This document shows, piece after piece, positions 14,119-26,367 of a DNA stretch of 64,000 bases. The notes beneath the pieces were generated by a model. It was not told where the DNA came from. It ran no database searches and was given only the letters and a program-made list of their open reading frames with translations. The stretch lies in the NCBI GenBank assembly GCA_048013815.1, contig CM106586.1, forward strand, positions 2,356,001-2,420,000, given 5' to 3'. A program made the translations under genes and the position numbers. Source of the DNA: Setoptus koraiensis. Its lineage: Eukaryota > Animalia > Arthropoda. The first letter of the stretch is position 1, and each line of letters opens with the position of its first letter.

Positions 14119-15738
14119 GGTGAACCGGTTAACTACAGCGCCATCCAGTCCATGCCGGCTTTGTTGGCTCGCTGGGGAGCTGGGCGACCGGGCGGCCGGG
14201 GAGCGAGCCTGCATAGCGCCACTGGATAGAGTGCGTCGCTTATTTTGCAGTGCCAATCAAATTGAGTCAATTGAATTAATTGAAATTGATTTCAAACTTG
14301 CTCGCGCCCTCGCCATTTCCAAGTCGCTATTTTGCGAGTTTGCCAGAGCGACACAAACCGGCCCGTCGCTGCTCTCCGTGCTGCCGCTTTCACATGCAGC
14401 CACACATAATGTCAAGCCAAACAGCAAGCATTGCAATGAAATTATTAGCTCCCCTCTTCACTTTTCAATCTTAATTTGCTTTAAAATTCTGCCCATTCAG
14501 CTATTGCAGCAGTATGTATATTATAAGCTGCGGGCACAGCCAGCCAGACGTGCCGGCGTCGGTGGCGCCGATAATCCGAGTTTCGACACTGAGTTGCACG
14601 AATGAAATTGAGAAAAACAAGTGTGCAAGCTGAGTGGATTGTATTGTGCAACCAGAGCACGTAGTGGCGCCGGTGTGATCGCCAGAATTTGCCAAATACA
14701 AGCAGTTGCCGCGAGCTACTCGACGGCGCAGAATTTGTTGCTGGCCCCGGCCAGCCGTATGACCATGCCGGCGGGCCCGAATAACCGAAATATCCGAATA
14801 ACCGAAATGACTTGCGCACACAGGCTGAGTGCAAGACACAAGCGGAGAAAAAATCACGAAGAATGGAACTGGTCGGAATAATAATGGGGCCGCGGCAGCA
14901 TTGTTTTTGTTTATCGTGTCTCACTTTGTTTCTGGGCACTGTCGGGCTCTCTCGAAATCCCGAACTCTCTAAGTCGAGAAATCCCGAAATGGCGAACCCC
15001 GAAAAAGCGGCCTCTCGAGCCGGCATAAGCCGGTTGGCCCATTCACTAACTGCTCACTGGGCCGACAAAGTGCGCTAGCCCGTGGCGATTTCACAGTGGC
15101 CCGAGTGAGACAGAGAGAGAGAGAGAGAGAGAGAGACTGTCAAATGGCTTGACCACCGCGTGACATATGTGTGCGCGTGTTTGCGTGCGGCGCACCTGTC
15201 ACGCGCCCCCACGCGTATTCCATGCAACACACAGACAACATAATTCCAACCGGAAGTGGCAGCCAGAAGGGTCAGTGGCAATATTATGCACACACTGTAT
15301 GCCAATTGTATGCTGGCGTGTATATTGGTGGCTTGCACGATAGCGAGTGTTGCGATAAATTTGCATAATGTCAAAACTAAACCAACTTGTATGCGTTCTT
15401 ATATTCACAGTGAGACTCTCACTGTGAGAGCGACAGGGGCCAGCAAGGGGGCGCTTTTGGGCTTTTGTGCAGCTTTCGACTTTGGGCGGCTTTCAACCTT
15501 CACTGGCGGTTTGCGGCACTTGCAGCGGACAAGAGAGGCCTGCAATGGTGGGCCAGTGGGCCAGTTAACACTGTGCAAATTGTTTGACATGATAACAGAC
15601 ATAATATCCCCTGACAACACTCACTGCGTGTGTGTCGATCAGTCAATAGCACGTGCTACCGGCGCACGTACTGTACAGATATTTATATATATATATATAT
15701 ATATTATTCTTATGCTTCCTTCTATCTATCGGATCTCT

Positions 15739-15773
15739 TATTGGGGCTCCTATTGGGGCTCCTATTGGGGCTC
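15739..15773. repeat. 12-bp tandem repeat TATTGGGGCTCC, about 3 copies
   Basis: Units at 15739, 15751 and 15763 (last one truncated). Confidence 0.85.
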
Positions 15774-17701
15774 TGCTGGCTGGCTGCCGCTTGTTGGTGG
15801 CCGGCTTACACTAACTAACAATGGCCCAAAGCGCAGATAATATCTCCATGCACACATGCACGCATAAGCGCACACTCGCACATAGACACATACTGACGAC
15901 CGGGGTCAATTTGTTTCACTTTGGGGCCCACTATTGCACTGCTGAGGCCCGCGAAACTGTGAGCTTGAGCAACTTGCAGCCTGCAACACTTGCGCTGTCT
16001 GCTCGCTCGCTCGCTCTGTGAACCCTCGCCAGTAGCGACGGGCCTCATTTCGGGCGGGCTACTTACACTTGGGCCCCATTTGTGCAAGGCACGCCAACAC
16101 GCCAACAAGCCAACGGGCCAGCGAGCCAACACGCCAGCCAGCCAGCGGGCCAGCGAGCTAACAAGTAGTAAGCCGGTGAATTCTTTTTGCAAATGGGCTC
16201 GCGAACAAGGTACAAACAATGGCGCTCTTACATAATTCTTGCACGCTCTCATATGAATTTGCGCTGCCAGAAATTGTGGGCCGCTGCAAACATTCTCGGG
16301 CAGCCCAGAAGCGCGGCTGGCTGGCGCCTTTCACTGCCGATTCCATTCGAAATGGCGCTATCGTGCGATACAATCTCGCGCCCTGAGCTTCGAGCTTCGG
16401 GCCTCGAGACCGAAAGCAAATAATATTGTACAAGATTGTAACTACAAGATCATTATGTAGGAATAGCGAGCATTCAATATTCAGTTCATCACACACACAC
16501 ACACACACACACAACGACACGAACATGTTACTGGGTGTTACTTTCATGCATCGCTTATCATCGCAAGGATCTGTGAGTTTTTCGCTGTTGCTATTGCCCG
16601 TCACTGTTGGGGCCCTTGGTAAGCTCGACGCACACAACATCGCACACCTTGACGAAACTTGTCGCCACCGGCAACAAAGTCACCAAGTGAGCTGCTCAAG
16701 CGTGCTGGCTCGTTGCGCGGGCTGAACCTTCGTTTGCGATTACTTTTCGCTTCGATTGGAAAATCGCCGAGTCGCCGAGTCGCCGAGTCACCGAATCGAC
16801 GAATCGCCAAAGCCAAGACTCGTGAGGCTGCTCAGGGCTTAATCTCGAGGCAACTCGTCGGATGTCACAGTGTTACAAAGTAACGACTTTACTCCAATAT
16901 TCACATAACCATGACACAGAGTGCGAAGGGTTTATGGTTTGTTTTTTCGTGTTGTGTGTGTTCGCCAGCATCCATTCGCATCGTGAGAGCTCTCAATCGG
17001 GGCACACACAATAATTGATTCATGGAGCGGGAATTGTTTTTGCGTCGGGCCCGCAACTCGACATTGGCATTAATTCGGTGCAGCCCAAGATTGTTTGTAA
17101 CAGGTACATGCATGGCTGCAATTGGGGCCCACGCTGGACAAAACAAACCGGACTTGGCAAAGCATGTGCAGTTCACTAATTGGATTAATGATTAATCTCA
17201 CCTCTACGCCAGCCAACAGCCGCCAGTGTCGTCATTGTCGCTCTTTGGGGCCCCCGTTCAAGTGGACAGCGCCAACTTAAATGGGCACCCAAAGAGCAAG
17301 AGAGCATGGCGACAAAAGGTCGACTAGTGGGTCAATTCTTGTGAAAATTCTTATCAACCCACTAACGCTATTATCGGCACGACATGTTTTTATTTGTGTT
17401 GCTGCTCGTGTGCTTGCGACGCTGGAATTAGATGAAGAATTTCCAGCCGGCAATTGTAACGATGCAAACGCAACGTGACATTACGCACCGAACGGGGGCC
17501 CGACGGAGGCCAAATCTGTTCGTATGTCGAACAATAAAACTGTGTACATTGATGACATACTGTACACAAATACAATGTGTGATCAATGTTATTTCGTGTC
17601 GCACACACAAATGACAAATTCAATCGACTCGCTACTGGTGTTATTGTGTTATTGCCTTGTCCAACTAGCCCGGTGTAAAGTGCATTGTTGTTGCCAACTG
17701 T

Positions 17702-17823
17702 AGTCGCCACAGTCGCCACAGTCGCCACAGTCGCCACAGTCGCCACAGTCGCCACAGTCGCCACAGTCGCCACAGTCGCTAGAGTCGCTAGAGTCGCTAG
17801 AGTCGCTAAAGTCGCTATAGTCG
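17702..17823. repeat. 9-bp minisatellite AGTCGCCAC x8, then AGTCGCTAG x3 and variants
   Basis: Direct reading of the array. It generates the (VAT)n ORFs at 17390..17773 and 17685..17903. Confidence 0.95.
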
Positions 17824-20784
17824 GCGAGCAGCAGGCAACATTGTGCGGTGTGCTGTGGGATGAATTAGCGCAATGTTGCTTAAATGCTATATTTCTCTCA
17901 TGATTGTTATGTAATGTTCGTTACGTAACATTACGTCACAACATTAGTAACATTAAGTGAGAGTGCAAACAGCAACACGTTCTGTCTACAATTGTTTTAT
18001 CTAGCAAGTTGCTGCTGCATGCAATTGCGCAATGTGGGCACAATTATTTAGTATTATTTTGTGGGGCTCAATTGGTGTGATCCACTTTCGCATTTATCTC
18101 GTTTACTTTCACTATAGTCGCTGTAGTCAGTGCACTCACTTTGCTCACTCTACTCGCAAGCGGCGCTGCAGTCAGTGCAGTGTCTAATGTCAGAGTGCCA
18201 AGTTTGTCATTTGACGAGACTTGTTAGAGATTAACAATTGTAAGCCAAATATAATAAATAACATGCTAAGTGAGTGAGTGAGTGTAGCGAGCAAAACAAA
18301 ACAAAAAGTGTTGATTGGCGCAACTCTCTCACCAACGGAATCCATTAGATGGTGCAAGCAAGCAGAGGCAAGAATTAAACTGATTTAAATGTAAATGAAT
18401 TTAAAGCTGCTCCCTCACAAAGTGTTGCTGCTATAAATATCATTATTTTATATGCAACACAATCCAACAATACATAATTTACACATTCAAACGTGGCCAT
18501 TACATCTTGTTGTTGTGCTTACATCTTACTGCAATCTATTGCTCTCTGCTCACATTGTCTACTCAGTAGACTCTACTGTATCTATCCGTAGAATATCCGT
18601 AATAGATTAGGTAACGACAACATTGCTTTGCTATCACTAGTTAGCTTGTCGTTGTTGTTGCTCGTCGTTGTTGCTGTTGCTGTTTTCATTGTTTTGTTAA
18701 TACTTGAAATAGTTGATTTGAGAATTGATGACGGCAACAATGTGCACCAATGGCACACAATCACAATAACACGTAATAAGTAACCCGAGTTGCGAGTGAG
18801 GCCGCAACAAACATGACTAGCTATTTGAACTGTGAGCCAACTCTGGCCCCACAACTTGCGACTCACAACACCACGCCAAGCCATACAACAATGTTCAGTC
18901 AACATGGCTCACTCTCATATGTGTGTATGTAACTCTTGCTTTCTGTTGCAAATGTTCTCAGTGAGCCCAACACCAACACCGGCTAATAGCAAGTGAAAGC
19001 AAGAGTGCCCAATGGTACTTGATACGGACAATTTAATTTGAGTATTAGATTAGACACGCAATGATAGCAATGATGGAAAGCAACTTCTTTCCTTCTCTAA
19101 TAGCCCGCTTGGCCGCTAGGCGCACAAAAGTTACCCGCTACAAAGAGAGGAAGAAGAATAGAGCTAGAGATGAGAGCAAGAGATGAGATAGTAAAATGAG
19201 CTCGGTGTGGCCGAGTGCGTTGCCCAAAAGTGTGTTGTTTAAGTGAGATAGGCAACAACTAATCAATGTCTAATGGCCCTACCGACGCAACTCAAATTAA
19301 AAACACACTGACGCCAACAGCAACACTGAGCAGACCAAAACGAATGGTCTTTAATGGGCCCTCTGTTAACTTGGCCCCAACTTGCGAGTTTGTGCCGCCA
19401 TGTAGTTGCGCTCTTTTCAGTGAGCACCTCACTCTGGTTGCAGCCAAATAAACTGGTGCCCAACTGGTGAAGACAGCGGCTGGCTGACTGGCTGACTCAC
19501 TGGTCGGTGCACAATAGTAAACAAGTATAATAGTAGTGCTAGTGGCAACTTGAATAATCCACGATAATAATGGATAATTGCGTCATTGCTTTTATCTCTC
19601 ATAATCCAGCCAACAACCACTATAACCCAAACTGAGCAACGCCATTCATTTAGTATCGCGGGCCTCACTTTGGCCCGCCTGGCTGGCTGGCTGGCGACTG
19701 ATGGTGCAAACACCAGCGGCCAAATGCCAGCACTAAGCAAAATATCAGCCAAACTAGCAAATATCCGAGCCGAGAACGGACTGCACAAACGCGAGCGAGT
19801 TTGTGTAGTAATGAGCGAACACTGAATCATCATAGCTCATGAAAACAGTGAAACCTCGCCAGTGGTGAAACAGTGAAGTTTTCCGACAATTTCTCTCTGT
19901 TTTCTTTGGCCTCTTTTCTCTTAGGGCACCCCGTCCAGCAGTGGCTTAGCTTTTTATTTTTTGTTTGCTGCTCACAAGTTGTCATCGTACCAGCCGAGCT
20001 TCTTCAGCTGACCTATCGGCTGCTCGAGCCGGCTCAATGACCAGTGAATCCGGGCAGCCGGCAACACAATTACTCATCAATCTCAATTGGTAGTTTTCAA
20101 ATTAGTTGCCGACTCAACTAATTTAGCTGGCTGCCTGTGCACAACAGAGCACACCTATACAGATCTCTTACTCTCTGTCCCTCTTTTTGTGACCAATGTC
20201 CGATGATGACAAACACCACTTTTGAAGGTCTCCACTGCTTGACACCAACAATCGGGTCGATGACCCGGAAGTAACTGCTGATCTGTGTCCACTTCCTGTT
20301 GATAACGATAACGCAAGTGGGGCACTCACGCAGTGGATATATTAATGTACGCATTATGCATTTAAACTGCATTGATGTGCAAAAATACTGTGATACAATC
20401 AGCGTGTCGACGAGCAACAAGAAAGTGGAATGCACTCATCAATTAAACAGCGATTATCTCTGGCACGCTTCTTTGATTTGGCTCGATGGGCGTCCCAGCA
20501 TGATGCACATTGGGCTATGATTGTACTGTATCTGGCTTTCTAGATATCAAGTTTCGAACAAAAGCAGAGAATTAAATTCCGACTAAATCACTGCAGATCT
20601 AAATATGTGATCTGATTTAGAGCAGCCAATATAGATGGAATATATCGGAGATATATAACATGCGATCAGCTGACATATTGTACATCTATACGTTATAGAC
20701 AATGCAGTGGACAATTGAATGAGAGGCCATATAAATATTTATATAATAAGTAAGTTATAATGGGACAATCGCGCGTTGACTCAC

Positions 20785-20956
20785 CATCGAAATAGTCGTT
20801 TGTGACGGGCGGCCCCAATGGTAAATCGCCCAACGGAGTAGAGCTAGCCTCTATGGCGGGCATGGCTGTGGCTGTTTGATCACTGACTGATTGAACAGGT
20901 GTATTAATTGATATGACTATAATTAGATAAATGGTGCAATGAATAAACGACGACAT
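20785..20956 (-). CDS. Candidate first coding exon of an orphan secreted protein (downstream exon not identified)
   Basis: ATG at 20956, then MSSFIHCTIYLIIVISINTPVQS (signal-peptide-like) and an acidic/Pro-rich segment ending ...PPVTNDYFD, followed by a consensus G|GTGAGT donor (phase 1) at 20784. No homology recognised. Confidence 0.4.
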
Positions 20957-22436
20957 TGTGTTGACGATGCCTTTTGACTTCGTCCTAATAAGATTGCGTC
21001 GATGATGATGCGCCCAACTATAATTAAGGGCTTCTTTTTCTTCTGCGGCCGCCACTCTGACCGCTACTTGATCACGCTGCTTGCTTTTTCTCTTGTGTCT
21101 CGGATAAAACCGATAAATGTCCCGGCAGCAGCAGCGATCGGCTTCAAGCGGCTTGTTATTGGTGTTGTCGTTGTTGGTGTTGTCGTTGTTGTTGTTGGCG
21201 CAATCAGTTCGATGCCAACCAATGTGAGCATGATGATTCATGGTGATTCGACAACAACTATCATCGACTGTCATGCAGTGATTTTCATTAGATATATAAA
21301 TTAATTAATTAATTGACTGCTGTTGCTATGTCACACAAATTAAGTCACAATTAACATTTTATCTGGCATGACAACCCTTGTTACCTATCTATATGGACCA
21401 CGTGATTGCGTGGCACAATGATTGCGTAAGCTCAAGATAAACAAACAATAAACACGTTTGCTGGCTGCAATTCTGTGTAATCAATTGTAACAAAACCCAA
21501 TTGACTCATTTGTAACAGCTCAATCATTTGGAAGTGTAATTGTCGCTGTTGTTATTAGTTGTTGTTGTCGTTGTTGTCGTTGCTGTCGTTGTTGTCGTTG
21601 TTGTCGCTGTTGTCATTGTTGTCGGTGTGTGGTGGCACTAGATTATTTTGTGCATATTGCTTCGTGTTTGTTTGCTTGTATGAATGTCGAACTGGTTGAA
21701 TAAAACAAAAGACAGTTTATTTGATAACAAACGGATAATAACGTGACTTAGATACACAGACAGATAGACGACGGAAAGAGCAGAAAACTATCCAATTCAC
21801 GATACCGAAGTTGTGACTCGCGACCACAACCACGCACGCGTTAAAAAAGTTTTGACATTTGCCAAGCGCCATCTATCTGTTGTCGCTCGAACAAGCTCGA
21901 GAATGTGAACTAAGCACATGGATGGCGCCACAATCGCCACTGTTGTCGCTTGCATATCCGAATTGGTCGGTCAAATAAATGAAATTAAATCGCCCAAGAG
22001 ATGCAAGTTGTTATCGGACACTGTACACTGAAACATATTGTGAGAGTAGGTGAATAGCCAATCTATCTGTGTGTACGACACAACAGAGCAACAAGAGGGG
22101 CGACAATTAATTAGTGGGTGTAGTTAGTAGATCGTTGTCAATCATTTATTGTTTGTTTCCGTCCATTAGTAATTAGTTCAAGGGAGTGATATATTAGCAT
22201 AATTAATCAAACTTGTCTCTGTTTAGGCGTAATGATTGCGTTTGCCGTTTTTGATCGATTGTTTGGAGGAAATGAAAGAGATGGCTGCGATTTAGTTTTG
22301 ATCACCTGGCCAACCATCTAAACAACAAATTCTTGCTACTGGACATGACAGACTTCAAATATTCACATGTGAACTTGGGCCTTAGCATTGATCTAACAAG
22401 TGGCAGTTGTTTGTTTTCAATGTAGATGAGATAGCG

Positions 22437-22976
22437 TCAAATGTGTGCGGCAGTTTGCATTTTGTTGATGCCATCATTTATGGAACTCTTTATGCTCCAC
22501 AAGCCAGCTCTAAAGGCCATTTTACGGGCCCTCATACTGACCACCAGCACAGAGGCCGATATGAGAGCTACCAAAGCCAATCGCCTACGTCGTCTCTTTC
22601 TCATTATCCAATTGACGCCGGGTAACGATCTGAGCCATGTATAATTTGTTGCTCTCCTTGCATCATAATCATAATCGTCGTCGTCGTAAAGATAATTATA
22701 GAAAGTATCATCCAGATCGCCGTCACTACTGCTGCTGCTGCTCTCCGACGAGCTACTCTCCTCACTAATTTCTTGTTTCAAAGCCTTTCTCGGGCCCCGT
22801 GCCCGAGCTGTAGCTCTAGCAGCCTTGCCTCTGAGCCGACCATCTGATTTCCTTGGCCTGGTCGTCGCTGCTTTAGTTCCGGCCACTCGTTTGACGCCTG
22901 TCTGACGCTCCTCTACTTCTGGCTCCTCTTCTGGCTCGTCCTCGGCTGCATTATACCTCTGGCGGGCCGTAGCCAT
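22437..22976 (-). CDS. Orphan 179-aa protein with acidic/basic low-complexity N-terminus and one C-terminal hydrophobic segment
   Basis: ATG in aagATGG context at 22976, open frame to the stop at 22437. E/D/S-rich then Tyr/Asp-rich blocks, RKRRRRR-LALVALISASVLVVSM-RARK. AATAAA on the minus strand at 22145-22150. No family recognised. Confidence 0.6.
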   Translation of the reverse strand: MATARQRYNAAEDEPEEEPEVEERQTGVKRVAGTKAATTRPRKSDGRLRGKAARATARARGPRKALKQEISEESSSSESSSSSSDGDLDDTFYNYLYDDDDYDYDARRATNYTWLRSLPGVNWIMRKRRRRRLALVALISASVLVVSMRARKMAFRAGLWSIKSSINDGINKMQTAAHI

Positions 22977-25539
22977 CTTGCAAATAACGATGCTACAAGT
23001 ATGTGTCAGCAAACCTATGCTATATTATAATGTGTCGTAATAGCTGTTGATTGGTTGCCAAAAATATCCCAAGTGAGCTCTCTGTTAGGCGCACGAATAT
23101 TTCTAATCAGTGACCGTCATGATTGTCAACGCGATGCAGCTGATGTTATTTAGCGCGATGTTATATTATATATTTAGAGCTCATCGTTTGTCTGTTGGCT
23201 TATCTCTGATACACTTGTGCTCAAGAGGCAGTTGCCTCGCGAGACACACTCGTCTCACGAGCGACGCTTGTATGCCGACAATAACAGTGACGTATCAATC
23301 GGACGCCTCGTTGAGCTAATCACGAGATTGTATCCGTTTGTTGCAAAAAGCTTTTGGCGCTTGCGTTTCAGCAGGCGCTTGTCGCCCCAAATGACGACCG
23401 CTCGATACAATGTATTTAGTGCTACTAAATTAGCAGTTAGCCAAGTGATTAGAGCAAACAAGTTTGCAGCCGGCCAATCGCCTGGCAGGTCGCTGGCCAG
23501 TCGCTGGCTGGATGCTGGCCAGTGTTTTATCCCTTGGCCTGGCAAGCCAAGGGATAAAACTGGGGATTAAATTGGCTAGTTCATTAGTGGGCAAGCGGCG
23601 GCGTTTAGCAACAACAATAACAATAATGATTTTTCCTTTCGCGTTGCAACTGTGCAGCCAGCAAATGAGGTGAGCTTAAGTGTATGAGTTGCCGACGACG
23701 AGAGGACGACATGACGAGCCAACGAAACAAAGAATTGGGATTAGCTCAAATTAGAAAAGCAATTTGCATCATTGTTTCGTGTGCTGGCCGACCGTTTATT
23801 TCTTCTATGACGATGCACTGTATAATTTTTACTTCCACTCAACGCCAGGTTAATTCTCGAGAGCTTGTTCCGATTGGCGAATTCTTTTGGCCAGTTGTTA
23901 CAATGAGAGAATTTCGACACACACACACACAAACGAATGTGCCGGTAGAGAAGCTTCGAAAGCCGTTGCAAATGTGTGTGTGTGTTAGCGTTTATGGAAA
24001 ACAGGTGATGGATATCATGATGCGTTTTTGTGTGAGTTAGCCAGCAGCACAGGTGAGCGGTACCAGCAGCATGCCAGTTATTCGTTAATCGTTCGTCTGG
24101 CAACTTCTCCCTCGGAATTGTTCTTTTGGTTGGTTCGTTTGCAATTGTAAATTCTCAGATTTCGCCTTGATTATGCCATGTTGGCCATTGTCGGCCATTG
24201 CAGTGAAAAGTGAGGGCATCATGTTGCGCTCATCACAGTAGCAGCAGCAACAACAATGTGCTACGAGCTGCAAACTGCGAGCTGCAAGCCAAAATGTGAA
24301 AGCTGAAAGCAAATTGAACAACCGTTACATTTGATACTCATCGTCGCCGATGTTTTGTTCCATCGATCAACAACAACAACCAACAACAAACGCCTGAAAC
24401 AAAGACGCGAAGACCATAAACAATGCAATGCCAGTTGGCCGCCAGTTGGCCGCCACTTTGGCCAATCTGGCCAGCGGAGGGCCGTTTAGTCGTTTAGTCG
24501 AAATTCTTTTCTCCTCCGACTATCGCCAGCCGCCTCTCTGGCCGCTTCGCTAACCGATTCTCTGGCCTGTCTGGGCAGCGCTCCAAATGTGTGCTGCTCT
24601 CGTATCGTTTGTAAATCTTCTAATTCTTTTTATCGTCGCCACAGAAACTCGAGAGATAACAAGTGCATGCCACTTGTTGCTGTGGCGCCAACCACGATGA
24701 CGGACGCCATCACAATGAACACAACAACACTTACGCAACACGGCCGGACCCGCTCGCTCAACGTAATCGCGCAACGTGAGCGATCAAGTTACAAGCAACA
24801 CGATCAACACATTGTTATCTGCTTAATCAGCTATCTCGTTATGCCGGCCAATCCAATGGTGTCAATGGCTAACAAGCGAGCGGTCAGTTGTTGCCACCCT
24901 CTATTCACATGTGAACATGTCTTTTGTTTGATGCACGCCAATATCAACACATTCTCATGACAATAGTCTGTTCACCTATCCAATGAGCCCAGGCCAAGTT
25001 GTGACCAAACCAAAGCGCGAACATGTTATTCAATTATATTTTCCGGTTTGGCGATGAGCAAGCCATGATAAAAGCTTGAGCCATCAGTCAAAGTTATCCA
25101 GGCCAGTTGAGTTGACACAGCTAATTAACTTGTGTTGTGCAGGGTGACTATTATAAAACGTTGTTTTATTTACGTAATTGTATTAAATAATTTATTTAAT
25201 TTATAACTTGTGATTGTGTGTGTGTTTGGGTGTAATTGAAATGATTGAAAGGTTATCAGTCACAGATTAACAGTTACAACAACAGTCACAGCTAGTGTGT
25301 CTGAATATGATTGAAACACATTTGGGGCCTTGCACACATTTACTTGTTTGTTTGTTCGTCAACTGGCTTCATAAAATGACACATCATGAAGCGAAAAGCG
25401 CCCAAAGAGACTGAACAACAATTGATGGTCAGTCCATTGATTGTGCAACGTGGTGGTCGTGAGTCTTATCTAATTAACAATTGTTGCATGAATGAACAGT
25501 GTGAGCCCAATAAATCGAGCCACTCAGTAATCAATCAAT

Positions 25540-25658
25540 TTATTTTTTTCCTTTGCCTCCTACGGGGTGCTTGTCGTGCCATCCGAAAGATCCCTTCTTT
25601 CCACTGTGGGCTCCCATGTCCAACCAGCCGCTAACGCCGTGTCCGTGCTTATAGTGAC
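25540..25658 (-). CDS. Exon 2 of a 356-aa secreted protein, encoding the His/Gly/Trp C-terminal module (GHYKHGHGVSGWLDMGAHSGKKGSFGWHDKHPVGGKGKK*)
   Basis: Acceptor CAG| at 25661-25659. The phase matches the exon-1 donor (G|GT = Gly). The 39-codon open frame ends in TAA at 25542-25540. AATAAA on the minus strand at 25165-25170 and 25191-25196. Confidence 0.85.
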
Positions 25659-26367
25659 CTGTGTGTGTGTGTGTGTGTGTGTTGATTAATTATGAATTTA
25701 TGATTGATATTATTGATTTTAACGAAAAACTCGACATGTTAGATGAGATAACAGCGAATCGCTCGCACGAAAGCATTGTTATCTGTCGACGGTTCCCACA
25801 TTCGCATGCATTGTGAACTGTCAGACTGTTTATGCATTGCACTGTGTTGCAAATTAGATGATATCTCTATGAAATAGAAAAGATGGCAAGATACAAAATT
25901 GTGAGAGTGGCTGCATGCAGTAATGACAATGACTACACAGCGGCCGGTCGGTGAGATCGTGTCCCATGCCCGCTGTGTATTTCTCAGGCGAGCTTGCCAG
26001 GTATTGTTGCCTCTCACAATTGTCAGACAATATCACTACGTCATTGTTCAGCTCGTCAGTTCACATAACATTATGTAACAACAGTGGCAGACAATGGCGT
26101 TGCTTTGGTCGTGCCATACTAACCAACAGCCGACATAGTATGATCGCTGAAAAGAGCCACTGCAGTTCGTAGCCAGTCGAGCTAGCCACGACAACTTGTC
26201 AGTTTGATACATGCTGCTTGCTAACACACACAAGATACAAACTTGATATCAAACAAATCCCTCACTTCACTCAACCAACAGTAATTAGTCAGCTGGTCAA
26301 TCAGTCAGTTAATTAGTGGGCTGACTAATTAGTCAGCTGATTGATCATGTCAGCCAGTTTGACTCAC

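Noticed and set aside
15256-15840. 194-aa plus-strand ORF
   Set aside because: GTG start, includes (TA)n and the 12-bp repeat, no protein-like features.
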